Part shown: positions 47,352 through 56,695 of the stretch, piece by piece
How the letters are laid out: the number at the start of each line of letters is the position of its first letter
Position numbering within the stretch: position 1 is the stretch's first letter
Assembly: GCA_026395175.1 (NCBI GenBank)
Contig: JAPLZF010000009.1
Location: 2,290-66,289, forward strand
Direction: 5' to 3'
Length of the DNA stretch: 64,000 nt
DNA from: Candidatus Staskawiczbacteria bacterium
GTDB lineage: Bacteria; Patescibacteriota; Minisyncoccia; Minisyncoccales; Staskawiczbacteraceae
Notes under the pieces: generated by a model
What the model was told of the DNA's origin: nothing
The model's database searches: none
What the model saw: the letters and a program-made list of their open reading frames with translations, nothing else
Position numbers and translations under genes: made by a program

Positions 47352-49556
47352 TTATTGCCCGGTTTCAAATAATTTATTTTTTGAATTCTTATACATGTCT
47401 TCCAGCATTTCTGCAATGTCCGGTCTCATAAGATAATCCGGTATTTTTTCATTGTTCAAAAGGCAAGCTCTGGCTTTTGTCCCGCTGATGCTGATTTTTG
47501 ATTTCTCTTTGTGCCTGCATTTGTCAACAACTTTGCCGCATTCTCTGCAAAAATAAGCTACATCAAAAAACAAAGGAATAATGCCAATGTCGCCTATCTT
47601 GCTGAATATTTCTTGGGAAGCGTTGGGAGAATAATAATTGCCAACGCCTGTATGGTCTCTGCCGACTATAAAATGGCTGCAGCCGAAATTTTTTCTGCAA
47701 AGAGCGGTGAATACCGCTTCCCTAGGACCGCTGTATCTTGAATAAGTGGCAAACGAGCCTATTATTGCAGGATACGGCTTATAATATCCTTTTTTTATCA
47801 TAATTTCATAAGCGCCAATAATAGCTTCTGCGGTAAAATCGTCTGCCTTTTTTGGCCCCACAACCGGACTGATAAATAAGCTGTCCGCGCCGACTTTTGC
47901 CAATGCTTCTTTTTGTATAAATTCGTGCCCTTTGTGGACTACATTTCTTGTGTGAAAACCCACTATTTTCTGCCAGCCGAAATTTCCAAAAATTTCTCTC
48001 GTCTGCTTTGGAGTCAAATTATAAAGCTGGGCATAGGAAGCAGGCCTCTGGATGAGAAAAACTTCTCCCCCAATTATATAATTTCCTTTTTTCTTAAAAT
48101 TACTGGCGCCGGGATGATTGTCATCTTTTGAGCCAAACCATTTTTCGGCTATTTTTTTGATATCTATTTTTTTTATTTCCGACACATCCATTGCTCCGCA
48201 TATCTCGCCAGAATTATTCTGCAAAATAATTCTTTCGTCTTCTTTAAAATTTATGTCGCTTTTTTCCATCTGCAATAAAATCGGCATAGTCCAAACAGCT
48301 CCATTTTTCAGTTTATAATTTTCTAAAACCGAAGTCAGTTCCTTGTAATTCATAAAACCTCTCAAGGGCGAATAAACGCCTTCGCCAATCTGCACCAAAT
48401 CCAATATAGCCTGGTCTGAAACTATTTTTTTCTTTAATTTTCCTATATTCTTGATTGATTGGAGGCTTATTATATTCTGGACCAGAATTCCGCCATGAGG
48501 CTCTATCAAAGAATAATCGAAAATTGAATTAAGGTAATTATTTTTTTCGCTTTGTTTGTAATTTTTGACTTCCTCTATTATATTTTTAACCATTCTGACG
48601 CATTCTGCAGGATGCTTGCCAATAGCTGTTTCTGCGGCCAAAACAAGCCCTTGGGCTCCGTCCAATAATGTGTTGGTAATGTCGTTTACTTCCGCTCTTG
48701 TGGGCTGGAAATTTTCCATCATTGTTTCCAGCAAATTAGTGGCGACATAAACAGGCGTTTTAAAGCTTCCGGCTGTTTTTAAAATATGCTTCTGGACTAA
48801 CCCGATTTTCTGCAATTGCACGTCGCGCGAAAGGTCTCCCCTGTCTATCAATATGGCGTCGCTTACTTTGCATATTTCTTCCAAATTATTTATTCCTTTC
48901 CTGCTCTCAATTTTGCTTATTGCAAAAATAGGATATTTGAATATTTTCCTCAAATTTTCCACGTCTTCTTTTTTTGAGCAGAAAGACAGGGCAATGCAAT
49001 CAATTTTTTTTGCTTCTGCCATTTTAAAAACAGCCATGTCTTTTTCTGTAAATGCCGGCAAATTAATGTCCCTGTCCAAATTAACGCCCTTATTTGAACC
49101 GACAACTCCTCCTTCCAAAACCCGCGCTTTGACTTTGCCTTTAGATATTTCAATCACCTGAACAATAACATTATGAAAATCCATATAAAGAATATCTCCT
49201 TCTTTCAACAAATTCTTAGGGCTTATGGGGTATAAAGGAATGTTTTTTTCGTCTCCCAAAACATTGCAATCGCTCAGCGAAACAACGCTGTTGTTTTCCA
49301 AAAAGGCCTGACCGTTTTTCATTTTGCCGGTTCTTATTTGGGCGCCTTCAGAATCAACGCATATTGTTTTTTTAACGCTAGAAGATATTTTTGAAAAAAT
49401 TCCGTTGAAATCTTTTTCTTTTGTGTGAGACAAATTAATTCTGAAAATATCAACTCCGGCAGATTCCATTCTCTGCAATATTTCTTTATCTATGGAGCTT
49501 GGCCCCACCGTAGCCAGAATTTTTATGTTTTTTAATTCTTTTTTCATAATTTGCAT
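47352..49556 (-). CDS. Pyruvate kinase (A+B domains) - sulfate adenylyltransferase (Sat) fusion
   Basis: Residues ~9-332: KILATVGP, FRINLSH, IRTG, SKIES, DRGDL, ATNLLE, PTRAEVND, LAAETAIGKHP. Residues ~350-734: PHGG, GVYSPLRGFM, WTMPILL, FHTRNVVHKGHE, YSGPREA, RKNFGCSHFIVGRDHTGVG, CRECG…CRH, ISGT, MRPDI. No stop codon between the two. Confidence 0.9.
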   Translation of the reverse strand: MQIMKKELKNIKILATVGPSSIDKEILQRMESAGVDIFRINLSHTKEKDFNGIFSKISSSVKKTICVDSEGAQIRTGKMKNGQAFLENNSVVSLSDCNVLGDEKNIPLYPISPKNLLKEGDILYMDFHNVIVQVIEISKGKVKARVLEGGVVGSNKGVNLDRDINLPAFTEKDMAVFKMAEAKKIDCIALSFCSKKEDVENLRKIFKYPIFAISKIESRKGINNLEEICKVSDAILIDRGDLSRDVQLQKIGLVQKHILKTAGSFKTPVYVATNLLETMMENFQPTRAEVNDITNTLLDGAQGLVLAAETAIGKHPAECVRMVKNIIEEVKNYKQSEKNNYLNSIFDYSLIEPHGGILVQNIISLQSIKNIGKLKKKIVSDQAILDLVQIGEGVYSPLRGFMNYKELTSVLENYKLKNGAVWTMPILLQMEKSDINFKEDERIILQNNSGEICGAMDVSEIKKIDIKKIAEKWFGSKDDNHPGASNFKKKGNYIIGGEVFLIQRPASYAQLYNLTPKQTREIFGNFGWQKIVGFHTRNVVHKGHEFIQKEALAKVGADSLFISPVVGPKKADDFTAEAIIGAYEIMIKKGYYKPYPAIIGSFATYSRYSGPREAVFTALCRKNFGCSHFIVGRDHTGVGNYYSPNASQEIFSKIGDIGIIPLFFDVAYFCRECGKVVDKCRHKEKSKISISGTKARACLLNNEKIPDYLMRPDIAEMLEDMYKNSKNKLFETGQ

Positions 49557-51031
49557 TAAGCGACCAATACCAAAAAGCTTTCTTTTATGGCAGAGTATAT
49601 TTTATAATTTAAAAACTTGTCTGAAATGAATACAAAAAAGAAATAAGAAGCTATTCCCGAAATCACCAGAATGAAAAATCCTGCAAAATTGTTCCCAACA
49701 AAATTTTTCATAAAAGAAACAAACAGCACCATAAACGCGCAATTGGCAAGTGGTATGAATGTTTCTTTCAAAAAATCAAACCATCTGCATTTTATAATGC
49801 TTATTGTAGTAATTGCTATGCATGAAACATAAACAACAGCGCTGGTTAAAACAGCCAAAGCCGCTCCTGAAATTCCCCACATTTTTATTAAAGGATAGAG
49901 CAGAATCAAAAAAACTGCAAGCTGGACAGCGCTATATTTTGTCTGTATTTTCGGCTGTCCTAGAGCCTTAAGCACAGGAGAACTGGCGGCGTCGAATATG
50001 GAAACAAGCCCGGCAAGGCATAATAATCTCATTGGAGTCACTGCTGGCAGCCACTGCCTGCCCAAAAAAAGAAACGTAAACTCTGAGGCAATCACAATTA
50101 TTCCGCTGGAAATCGGCGCGAAAATAAATAATAAAAATTTGATTGTTTTCAAGTAAGCTCCGGCCATTTTTTTAATGTCGTGCTGGATTTTAGAATAAGC
50201 CGGAAAAATGGCTCCTGAAACAATGCTTGCCGAAGTTATGCTTGAAATTTTGTATCCCACCTGGTAGAATCCCAAAGACAAGACTCCAAGAAATCTGCCC
50301 ACGAAAATGCTGTCTGCCTGCAACAAGAAAAAATTCAAGACATTAGACCAAAAAATCCATTTGCCGAAATTAAACATCTCTTTGGCTTTTTTGTAATCAA
50401 ACTTAAAATGCGGACGATAGCTGTGAAGCGCGTAAGAAGCAACAAGGCGCACCAAGTTGCCGACAATCAGTCCAATGACTAAAGCCCAGACATTTCTGAA
50501 TACAAGAGCCGCCGACACGACTGCTATGAATTCAATTGCCGTGCCGAAAAGCTGATAAATAAAATATCTGTCGAATTCAAGGTCTTTGCCGAAATAAATA
50601 ATGCCTATGTTTACAAATCCCTGGATTAATATTGAAAGCGCCACGAATTGCGCTATCAAAGCCGCTTGCGGAGCGTTAAAAACAGATGCCACAAACGGCG
50701 CTATCAATATCAAAATTGTGGCTAAAATAATGCCCCTTGCTATCTGGATAATCCAAGCTGTGTCCAAATAAGACTCTGCAGAATCTTTTTTCTGTATGAT
50801 TGCCTGGTCGATGCCGGTCTGCGAAAAAGATTCCAAGACAGATACGGCTATAAAAGCTACTCCAAATAATCCGAAATCTTCAGGAGAAATAATGTGGGCA
50901 AGAATAATCGCCTGGATAAAACTGAAAAATTGGTCAACTATGCGGAAAGCAAACAGCCAAAATGTTCCCTGAATTGTTTTCTTTGAAATGCTTCCTTCCC
51001 GCGAAAAGAATTTTTTAATTAAATTTTTCAT
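49556..51031 (-). CDS. wzx: Wzx-type polysaccharide flippase (WzxC/TuaB-like)
   Basis: ILAHIISPEDFG, GIDQAIIQ, D..FVGRFLG…LGFY, many TM helices; its stop overlaps the PK-Sat ATG (TAATG). Confidence 0.85.
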   Translation of the reverse strand: MKNLIKKFFSREGSISKKTIQGTFWLFAFRIVDQFFSFIQAIILAHIISPEDFGLFGVAFIAVSVLESFSQTGIDQAIIQKKDSAESYLDTAWIIQIARGIILATILILIAPFVASVFNAPQAALIAQFVALSILIQGFVNIGIIYFGKDLEFDRYFIYQLFGTAIEFIAVVSAALVFRNVWALVIGLIVGNLVRLVASYALHSYRPHFKFDYKKAKEMFNFGKWIFWSNVLNFFLLQADSIFVGRFLGVLSLGFYQVGYKISSITSASIVSGAIFPAYSKIQHDIKKMAGAYLKTIKFLLFIFAPISSGIIVIASEFTFLFLGRQWLPAVTPMRLLCLAGLVSIFDAASSPVLKALGQPKIQTKYSAVQLAVFLILLYPLIKMWGISGAALAVLTSAVVYVSCIAITTISIIKCRWFDFLKETFIPLANCAFMVLFVSFMKNFVGNNFAGFFILVISGIASYFFFVFISDKFLNYKIYSAIKESFLVLVA

Positions 51032-51599
51032 ATTTATAAGAAGCTTTTATTTCTTTTGTCAGCCAGTTGTTTCCGATAGTTTCCACAAAAGGGATATAAA
51101 TTTTTTCCGCTTCTTTCAAATGCCTAAGCCATCTTTCCTTGCGGTCTTTTCTATATTTAAGAGATTTAACATTATCAAGAACATCGCAGGCTTTTATAAT
51201 TATTATTTCTTTCGGTCCGGCAATGGTTTCTTCAAATTTCTTTTCTTTTGTTTCTCTGGCTTTGTCTCTTGAAAGCGCCAAAACCCATCGGGCTATTTTG
51301 CCGCCAAACCTATTTTTAATTTCTAAAAACGAAATATCCGTGTCTTCTATGATATCGTGCAACAGGCTAGCAACAATAACATCTGCTTTTCTGATTTTCA
51401 AATCAAATATCAATGTATTTGCAACTCTGACCAAATGAATCAAATATGGGTCTCCTTCGTCTCTTTTTTGATTTTTATGATGCTCTCTTGCCAATTCAAA
51501 CGCTTCAATAATTTTTTTTCTTCCGGTTATTTTGGCAATGCCTTTTTTAAGCCTTTTTTCCTGAAAATTAATATCCCTGAAATAATCTTTTTTATTCAT
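51015..51599 (-). CDS. Stand-alone RelA/SpoT-type HD hydrolase (small alarmone hydrolase, Mesh1-like)
   Basis: AFELAREHHKNQKRDEGDPYLIHL, ASLLHDIIEDT, FG…V..LS, IKACDVLDN; 194 aa with no synthetase domain. Confidence 0.8.
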   Translation of the reverse strand: MNKKDYFRDINFQEKRLKKGIAKITGRKKIIEAFELAREHHKNQKRDEGDPYLIHLVRVANTLIFDLKIRKADVIVASLLHDIIEDTDISFLEIKNRFGGKIARWVLALSRDKARETKEKKFEETIAGPKEIIIIKACDVLDNVKSLKYRKDRKERWLRHLKEAEKIYIPFVETIGNNWLTKEIKASYKYEKFN

Positions 51600-51601
51600 T
51601 T

Positions 51602-53080
51602 TTATTTCAGTTTTTTAAAAATCAATAATTTTTCAGGAAAAATAATCCTGTAAAAAACAAGCAACAGTAATCCGTAAACCAACACTCCTATGCCAAAAAC
51701 AAAAATAACATTAAGCCCGCTGATAAATTTTAAACTAATGACAGAATACATTACAAGGCTGGAAAATAAGGAGATCAATGCTGTTTTAAGCAGATTTTTA
51801 TTGAATGACTTGATCAGCGCCAATTTTCTGGAAAGGAATATGGTTGAAGCCAAAACAACAAAGCATGAAATTATGGTGGAAATTATAACCCCATAAAAAC
51901 CGAAGACGGGAATGAATAAAAAATTTAATATTATGTTTAAAACAGCTCCGGCAATTATCAGACCAAAATTTCTTTTCTGATGGTCTGAAACTATCAGAAT
52001 AACGCTGTAAGGATAATTTATGAAGCTGATGCCCGCCACGAATATCAAAAGTTGCAGGGCTAAAACCGACGGGCCGAAATTAGGACCATAAAAAAATCTT
52101 ATGATACTGCCGGATAATGCTATGCCTCCCGCTATTATAGGCAATGCCAAAAGAATCATCAACTCCATCAAATATTCCCAAACTTTTTGGAGATTCTGTT
52201 TTGAAGAAACAAAAAAATTGCTCAATGCCGGATAAAAGCTCCTGATTATCAAATCAGCCGGCACTATGGCGACCAGCGCAATTTTGGAAGCGGCGCTGTA
52301 CCAGCCATTTTCTATAATCAATCCGAAAAAGCCGAGCATCACCGAGCTTATCGATATATAAATCCAGCTGACCGTAAAACCAAGGCTCAAAGGCCAGGAA
52401 ATTTTTAAAATATCCAACGATTTTCTTTCCCATTTTAAAGACAGGCGGTGAAAAAGGACATTGAAAAGCAGAAGAACAAAACACATCACGGCTAAGTTTG
52501 AAAACATATATCCGTAACTTAAGTTTACAGCCGAAGGAATATTGAAAATAATGAATAAAACAACTATTGCGTTGACTACAGCATGGAATATTTTTATCGC
52601 CGCTTCATATTCCATTTTTTGGCGCGCCCGCAAAAAAATAAAAGTCATTGAAAACAGATTGGCGCTTAAAACGTAAACAATTAAAATCCACATAATCCTT
52701 CTGATAAGGAGGTCTTTTGTTATAAAAGAAGAGATTATGAATGTCGCAGTCAAAACCAGCGCGCACAAAATTATTTCCAGCGTGAAAATAGAATCGAATT
52801 TTTTTTCGTTTTCCCTGCTTCTTGAAAATTCTCTGGTGAAGACATCAATAATGCCGAGGTCTGAAAAAATAGCCATTATGGAAACAAAAGAAAAAGCAAA
52901 AATAAATTTGCCGTATTCTGTAGCTCCCAGCATTCTGATAATGTAAACAGCCAAAATAAATCCTAAAACTCTTACCGATACCTCGCCCAAAACCAGCCAA
53001 AAAGTATTTTTGACAATCGTCTGCCTGACCCCAATATTATTCAGAAATAAATTCTTCAGGTTTTGGAATATTTTTAACAC
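51602..53080 (-). CDS. wzx: Second Wzx/RfbX-type flippase
   Basis: IVKNTFWL, RMLGATEYG, DLGI, GWYSAASKI, about 13 TM segments. Confidence 0.85.
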   Translation of the reverse strand: MLKIFQNLKNLFLNNIGVRQTIVKNTFWLVLGEVSVRVLGFILAVYIIRMLGATEYGKFIFAFSFVSIMAIFSDLGIIDVFTREFSRSRENEKKFDSIFTLEIILCALVLTATFIISSFITKDLLIRRIMWILIVYVLSANLFSMTFIFLRARQKMEYEAAIKIFHAVVNAIVVLFIIFNIPSAVNLSYGYMFSNLAVMCFVLLLFNVLFHRLSLKWERKSLDILKISWPLSLGFTVSWIYISISSVMLGFFGLIIENGWYSAASKIALVAIVPADLIIRSFYPALSNFFVSSKQNLQKVWEYLMELMILLALPIIAGGIALSGSIIRFFYGPNFGPSVLALQLLIFVAGISFINYPYSVILIVSDHQKRNFGLIIAGAVLNIILNFLFIPVFGFYGVIISTIISCFVVLASTIFLSRKLALIKSFNKNLLKTALISLFSSLVMYSVISLKFISGLNVIFVFGIGVLVYGLLLLVFYRIIFPEKLLIFKKLK

Positions 53081-53781
53081 GATTCATTTCTTTTTAAAAT
53101 TATTTTTGCGATGCCGTCTTTTAAAATTTGGCAATTGGGAATTACGCAATGCCCGCCAATTTTTCCCGGAACATATTTTAGATAAGGCCTTAAAACTTCC
53201 TCTCTTCCCAACTTTTTATATCCCTCATTATAAGTTTTATTTGCGTCTGCATAAACAGCTTCAAAATCAACTTTATTTTTATCGCACCATTTTTTCATTT
53301 CTTTGTTTAAAACAATCAGCCAGCCGTATTGGGTTGTGTCCCAAAGCTTTATGGCTTCTGTTGTTTTTGACGGATAAAAAATTTTTGTTTTGATGCCTAA
53401 AGATTTCAAATGGCTTTCTGCCATTTTCCCTGCTTTTTCAGAATCAGCGCCAATGTATTTCACAAAGGTTTTTATGCCTTCAAAAAGTTTCGGATGCACT
53501 CCCCTGACCGGGCTGTGGACAATCATTCCTCCAATTTTTTTTGTCGTCCCGGGCGCGACAGTTGAATGTATTATCGTCAATTTAGGATTCGCTTTTTTTA
53601 TTTCTTTTTTGACAATTTTTACAAAATCTCTGCTCCAAGGAATGCAAATGTGCAGAATATCAACTCCTGCCAACCCGTCATCGCGCTTTAAATCTTTTAT
53701 TTTAGGATTATTGTAAAATTTAGAAATCGCTTTGCCGATTTCGCCGTATCCCAAGATGCCTATTTTTTGCAAAGATTTCAT
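53074..53781 (-). CDS. Short UDP-glucose/GDP-mannose dehydrogenase-family protein (no C-terminal domain)
   Basis: IGILGYGEIG, HICIP, IIHSTVAPGTT, HSPVRG, TEAIKL, IGGHCVIPN (catalytic Cys); only 235 aa. Confidence 0.65.
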   Translation of the reverse strand: MKSLQKIGILGYGEIGKAISKFYNNPKIKDLKRDDGLAGVDILHICIPWSRDFVKIVKKEIKKANPKLTIIHSTVAPGTTKKIGGMIVHSPVRGVHPKLFEGIKTFVKYIGADSEKAGKMAESHLKSLGIKTKIFYPSKTTEAIKLWDTTQYGWLIVLNKEMKKWCDKNKVDFEAVYADANKTYNEGYKKLGREEVLRPYLKYVPGKIGGHCVIPNCQILKDGIAKIILKRNESC

Positions 53782-53784
53782 AAT

Positions 53785-54228
53785 TTATTTTTTTAATTTT
53801 GCGGAAGCATTGTTTAAAAGCCAGGAAGAGCTCTGGACTTTGCCTCCGCCCACTCCGTTAATTATTTTAATGTTAAATTTTTCGCAGACTTTTTTTTCGC
53901 TTTCCGGAATATTGCCGGCATTCCTGTCACCGCCCTTGGCAAAATATAAATCACCTTTATATTTCTGAGCTATAAATTTGAGACTTTCCGACTGCGTAGT
54001 GTCTTTATCAATTGACAACATAACCTCATCTGCGTATCTTAAAGCTTTTATTATTTCAATGCGTTCTCGTTCTTCCATGAAAGGAACGCTTGCTTTTAGC
54101 TTGACTTGCTCGTCATTATTCACAATAACAATCAAAAAACCGCCTAAATTTTTGGCTTCTCTTATCAGATTTATATGGCCAATATGGAGAGGATTGAAGT
54201 ATCCGGATGTTATAATCACCTTTCTCAT
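53785..54228 (-). CDS. Cytidylyltransferase-family protein (TagD/RfaE-like)
   Basis: SGYFNPLHIGH (HIGH), ERIEII, KGGDR, KVQSSS. Confidence 0.85.
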   Translation of the reverse strand: MRKVIITSGYFNPLHIGHINLIREAKNLGGFLIVIVNNDEQVKLKASVPFMEERERIEIIKALRYADEVMLSIDKDTTQSESLKFIAQKYKGDLYFAKGGDRNAGNIPESEKKVCEKFNIKIINGVGGGKVQSSSWLLNNASAKLKK

Positions 54229-54256
54229 TGCTTTTTTGGTTTTTTATTTGTATCAT
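54228..54256 (+). promoter_or_regulatory. sigma70-type promoter, near-leaderless, for the ligase gene
   Basis: TTGCTT-N17-TATCAT, with ATG 8 nt downstream (54265) and no SD. Confidence 0.45.
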
Positions 54257-54264
54257 AAAATTGC

Positions 54265-56694
54265 ATGAAAATCAATAACAAAAACAGCATATTGCGCTAT
54301 GCTTATTTTTCCGGATTTGTTTTAATTCTTCTTCTGCCTCTTCTGGACCTTCCGCCGTGGTTTTTTCCAGTTGATTGGGGAAAAACCATAATATTCAGAA
54401 TTGTATTGTCCGCAATTATTTTCTTATTCATATACCAGCTTTTTTACAAAAAAAGCGAACTGGAACTGCCGGGCATTAAAAAAAATAAAATAATCTGGGC
54501 GTTATCGATATTTTTGTTTTTTTTACTGCTTGCCACGCTATTTTCCCAGGACATTACTTTCAGCTTATGGGGTTCGCCTTACCGTTCGGGCGGAGCAGTC
54601 AATCTTGTTTTTTATATTGCATTCGGATTCCTGTCTTTTCTGCTTTTCAAAAAACCGGGAGAATGGAAAAAATTCTGGGATATTTCCATTATTGCAGGAG
54701 TTTTAGTCTGCATTATTGCAATAATCCAGCTTTACGGCTTGCTGAACAATGTGTTTACGTCAGTAGCTGGGCGTCCGGCATCCACCATGGGAAACCCGAT
54801 AATTCTGGGCATTTATCTGATTCTCCTGCTTTTTATAACATCGGCTTCTGCCATCAGAGAAAAAACGCGGAATAAAAAAATATTCTATGTTTTTGCTTTA
54901 TTGTTATTTTTATACACAATTTTGATGACCGGCTCCAGAGCCGCCTATCTGGCTGTTTTAATCGGCGCGCTTTATTTCATTTTGTTTTATCCTGCGACAA
55001 AAAATAAAAAATTATTGTTTTTAAAAATCGCGCTTTTAATTTCCATAATCGTCGGAACCGGCATTGTTTATTACGTTAACACATTAAAACAGCCTCCTGA
55101 TTTTGTGCAAAATAACAGGCTTTTAATTTCGGTTTATTACAGGCTGTCAATTAAAGAAGCTTTGAACGACCCAAGATTTTCCGCATGGCAAGTGGTCATA
55201 AGAGAAATAAAGGAGAAGCCTGTTTTGGGCTGGGGACCGGAAAACCTTGCCATTGGCTTTGACAAACATTATGACCCTTCCCTGCCTTACATATCAAAAG
55301 AATGGGGTGGCTGGTGGGACAGAGCCCACAATATTATTTTAGACACCGCAGCTTCAACCGGAATTCCTTCGGCAATAGCCTATTTGGCTTTGCTTATAAC
55401 TTTATTCTGGCAGCTGCAAAAATTAAAAAACAGCCAGCAGCTAATTATCCACGGACTGCAATCAACCTTAATTGCTTATTTTGTTGCTAATTTTTTCGGT
55501 TTTGACACTTTTTCAACTTATATTTTATTTTTTCTGATAATCGGCTATTCTCTGCATTTGACAACACAAAATAATTCTGTAAACGAAACGCAAAAACGCG
55601 CAGAACAGAAAAAAATATGGTGGAAATCCGCGCTCATGTTCGCGCTATTATTCCTGCTGGTTATATTTTTGTGGCAGGACAATATTAAGCCGTTTCAAAT
55701 CAACAGCAAAATAAATGTTGCCGGCGATTTAGTTGCCGTCGGCAACTGCGACTTTGCTTTCCAAATAATGGACAGCTCTTTAAAAGACCATAGTTTTTTA
55801 GACGCATACTCCAGAATGGAATATATTGATTTTACAAAATCCTGCCTTGCTGTCCATCCTGAAAAAAATTTGGAGTATGCTAAAAGAGGAGTTGAAATTA
55901 TGAAAGAAGTGACAAAAATCAGGCCTCTTTACAGCCGTGTCTGGATATACTTAGGCGGATTTGATACTGCTATTGCGGCTCTTGAAAAAGATGAAAACGC
56001 AAAAAAATCGCTTTTAGAAGACGCAGATTCTTATTTTGTAGAAGCTTATAAATTAGCTCCGGAGCACCAGGAAATATTGATTGAACAAGGAAAAGAATAT
56101 CTTGTTTCAGAAAACTATCAGGCAATGGAACAAAACGGCGAAAAGTGCGTTGCTTTAGACCAAAGCCTGAACGACTGCTATTGGATAAGGGGCATTGCCG
56201 AAATATATTTGAAAAAATTTGACAAGTCGCAGGAAGATGTAACCACGGCCATAGACAAAACAGCAGGCTTTTCCAATGTGGCTCCGTCTTTTCTGCAGAT
56301 GGTTATAAACGGCTATATTAATATAAAAAACTATGAAGGAATGGCAAAAACATTACATCAATTCATTATGGTAAAACCGCGCAACATAGAATTCCATTCG
56401 TACCTGGCGATGCTATACGGCCAGCTCAACAGGCCCCGCGAGGCAACCATAGAAGCGATAAAAGTTCTTTATATTTCCCCAGAGTCAAAAGACAACGTCA
56501 ATAATTTTTTAAGCCAATTGGGATATACACTTGAAATGCCAACAGATTCCAATTACCATCTTGCTTTGGCAAAAAAGTATTATAATGAGGTGAGCGGATA
56601 TGAAAAATATATAGGAGAAGCTCTGATTGCCTTTTACATCTCGCCTTCAAATAATGACGCGAAAAAATTCTTAAACGATTCTTACCAATACTAA
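54265..56694 (+). CDS. O-antigen ligase / oligosaccharyltransferase-like (Wzy_C) membrane protein with C-terminal TPR-like region
   Basis: About 12 TM helices; RPASTMGNPIILG, TGSRAAY, R..AW, KPVLGWGPEN, DRAHNIILD; helical TPR-like tail. Confidence 0.85.
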   Translation: MKINNKNSILRYAYFSGFVLILLLPLLDLPPWFFPVDWGKTIIFRIVLSAIIFLFIYQLFYKKSELELPGIKKNKIIWALSIFLFFLLLATLFSQDITFSLWGSPYRSGGAVNLVFYIAFGFLSFLLFKKPGEWKKFWDISIIAGVLVCIIAIIQLYGLLNNVFTSVAGRPASTMGNPIILGIYLILLLFITSASAIREKTRNKKIFYVFALLLFLYTILMTGSRAAYLAVLIGALYFILFYPATKNKKLLFLKIALLISIIVGTGIVYYVNTLKQPPDFVQNNRLLISVYYRLSIKEALNDPRFSAWQVVIREIKEKPVLGWGPENLAIGFDKHYDPSLPYISKEWGGWWDRAHNIILDTAASTGIPSAIAYLALLITLFWQLQKLKNSQQLIIHGLQSTLIAYFVANFFGFDTFSTYILFFLIIGYSLHLTTQNNSVNETQKRAEQKKIWWKSALMFALLFLLVIFLWQDNIKPFQINSKINVAGDLVAVGNCDFAFQIMDSSLKDHSFLDAYSRMEYIDFTKSCLAVHPEKNLEYAKRGVEIMKEVTKIRPLYSRVWIYLGGFDTAIAALEKDENAKKSLLEDADSYFVEAYKLAPEHQEILIEQGKEYLVSENYQAMEQNGEKCVALDQSLNDCYWIRGIAEIYLKKFDKSQEDVTTAIDKTAGFSNVAPSFLQMVINGYINIKNYEGMAKTLHQFIMVKPRNIEFHSYLAMLYGQLNRPREATIEAIKVLYISPESKDNVNNFLSQLGYTLEMPTDSNYHLALAKKYYNEVSGYEKYIGEALIAFYISPSNNDAKKFLNDSYQY

Positions 56695-56695
56695 A

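Noticed and set aside
46822..49556. Assimilatory or dissimilatory sulfate reduction
   Set aside because: No PAPS/APS reductase or sulfite reductase in the window; the adjacent sulfotransferase explains PAPS use.
5537..54228. Many A/T homopolymers of 7-9 nt as contingency loci
   Set aside because: Expected in Lys/Phe-rich AT-rich coding DNA; no frameshifted gene was found at them.
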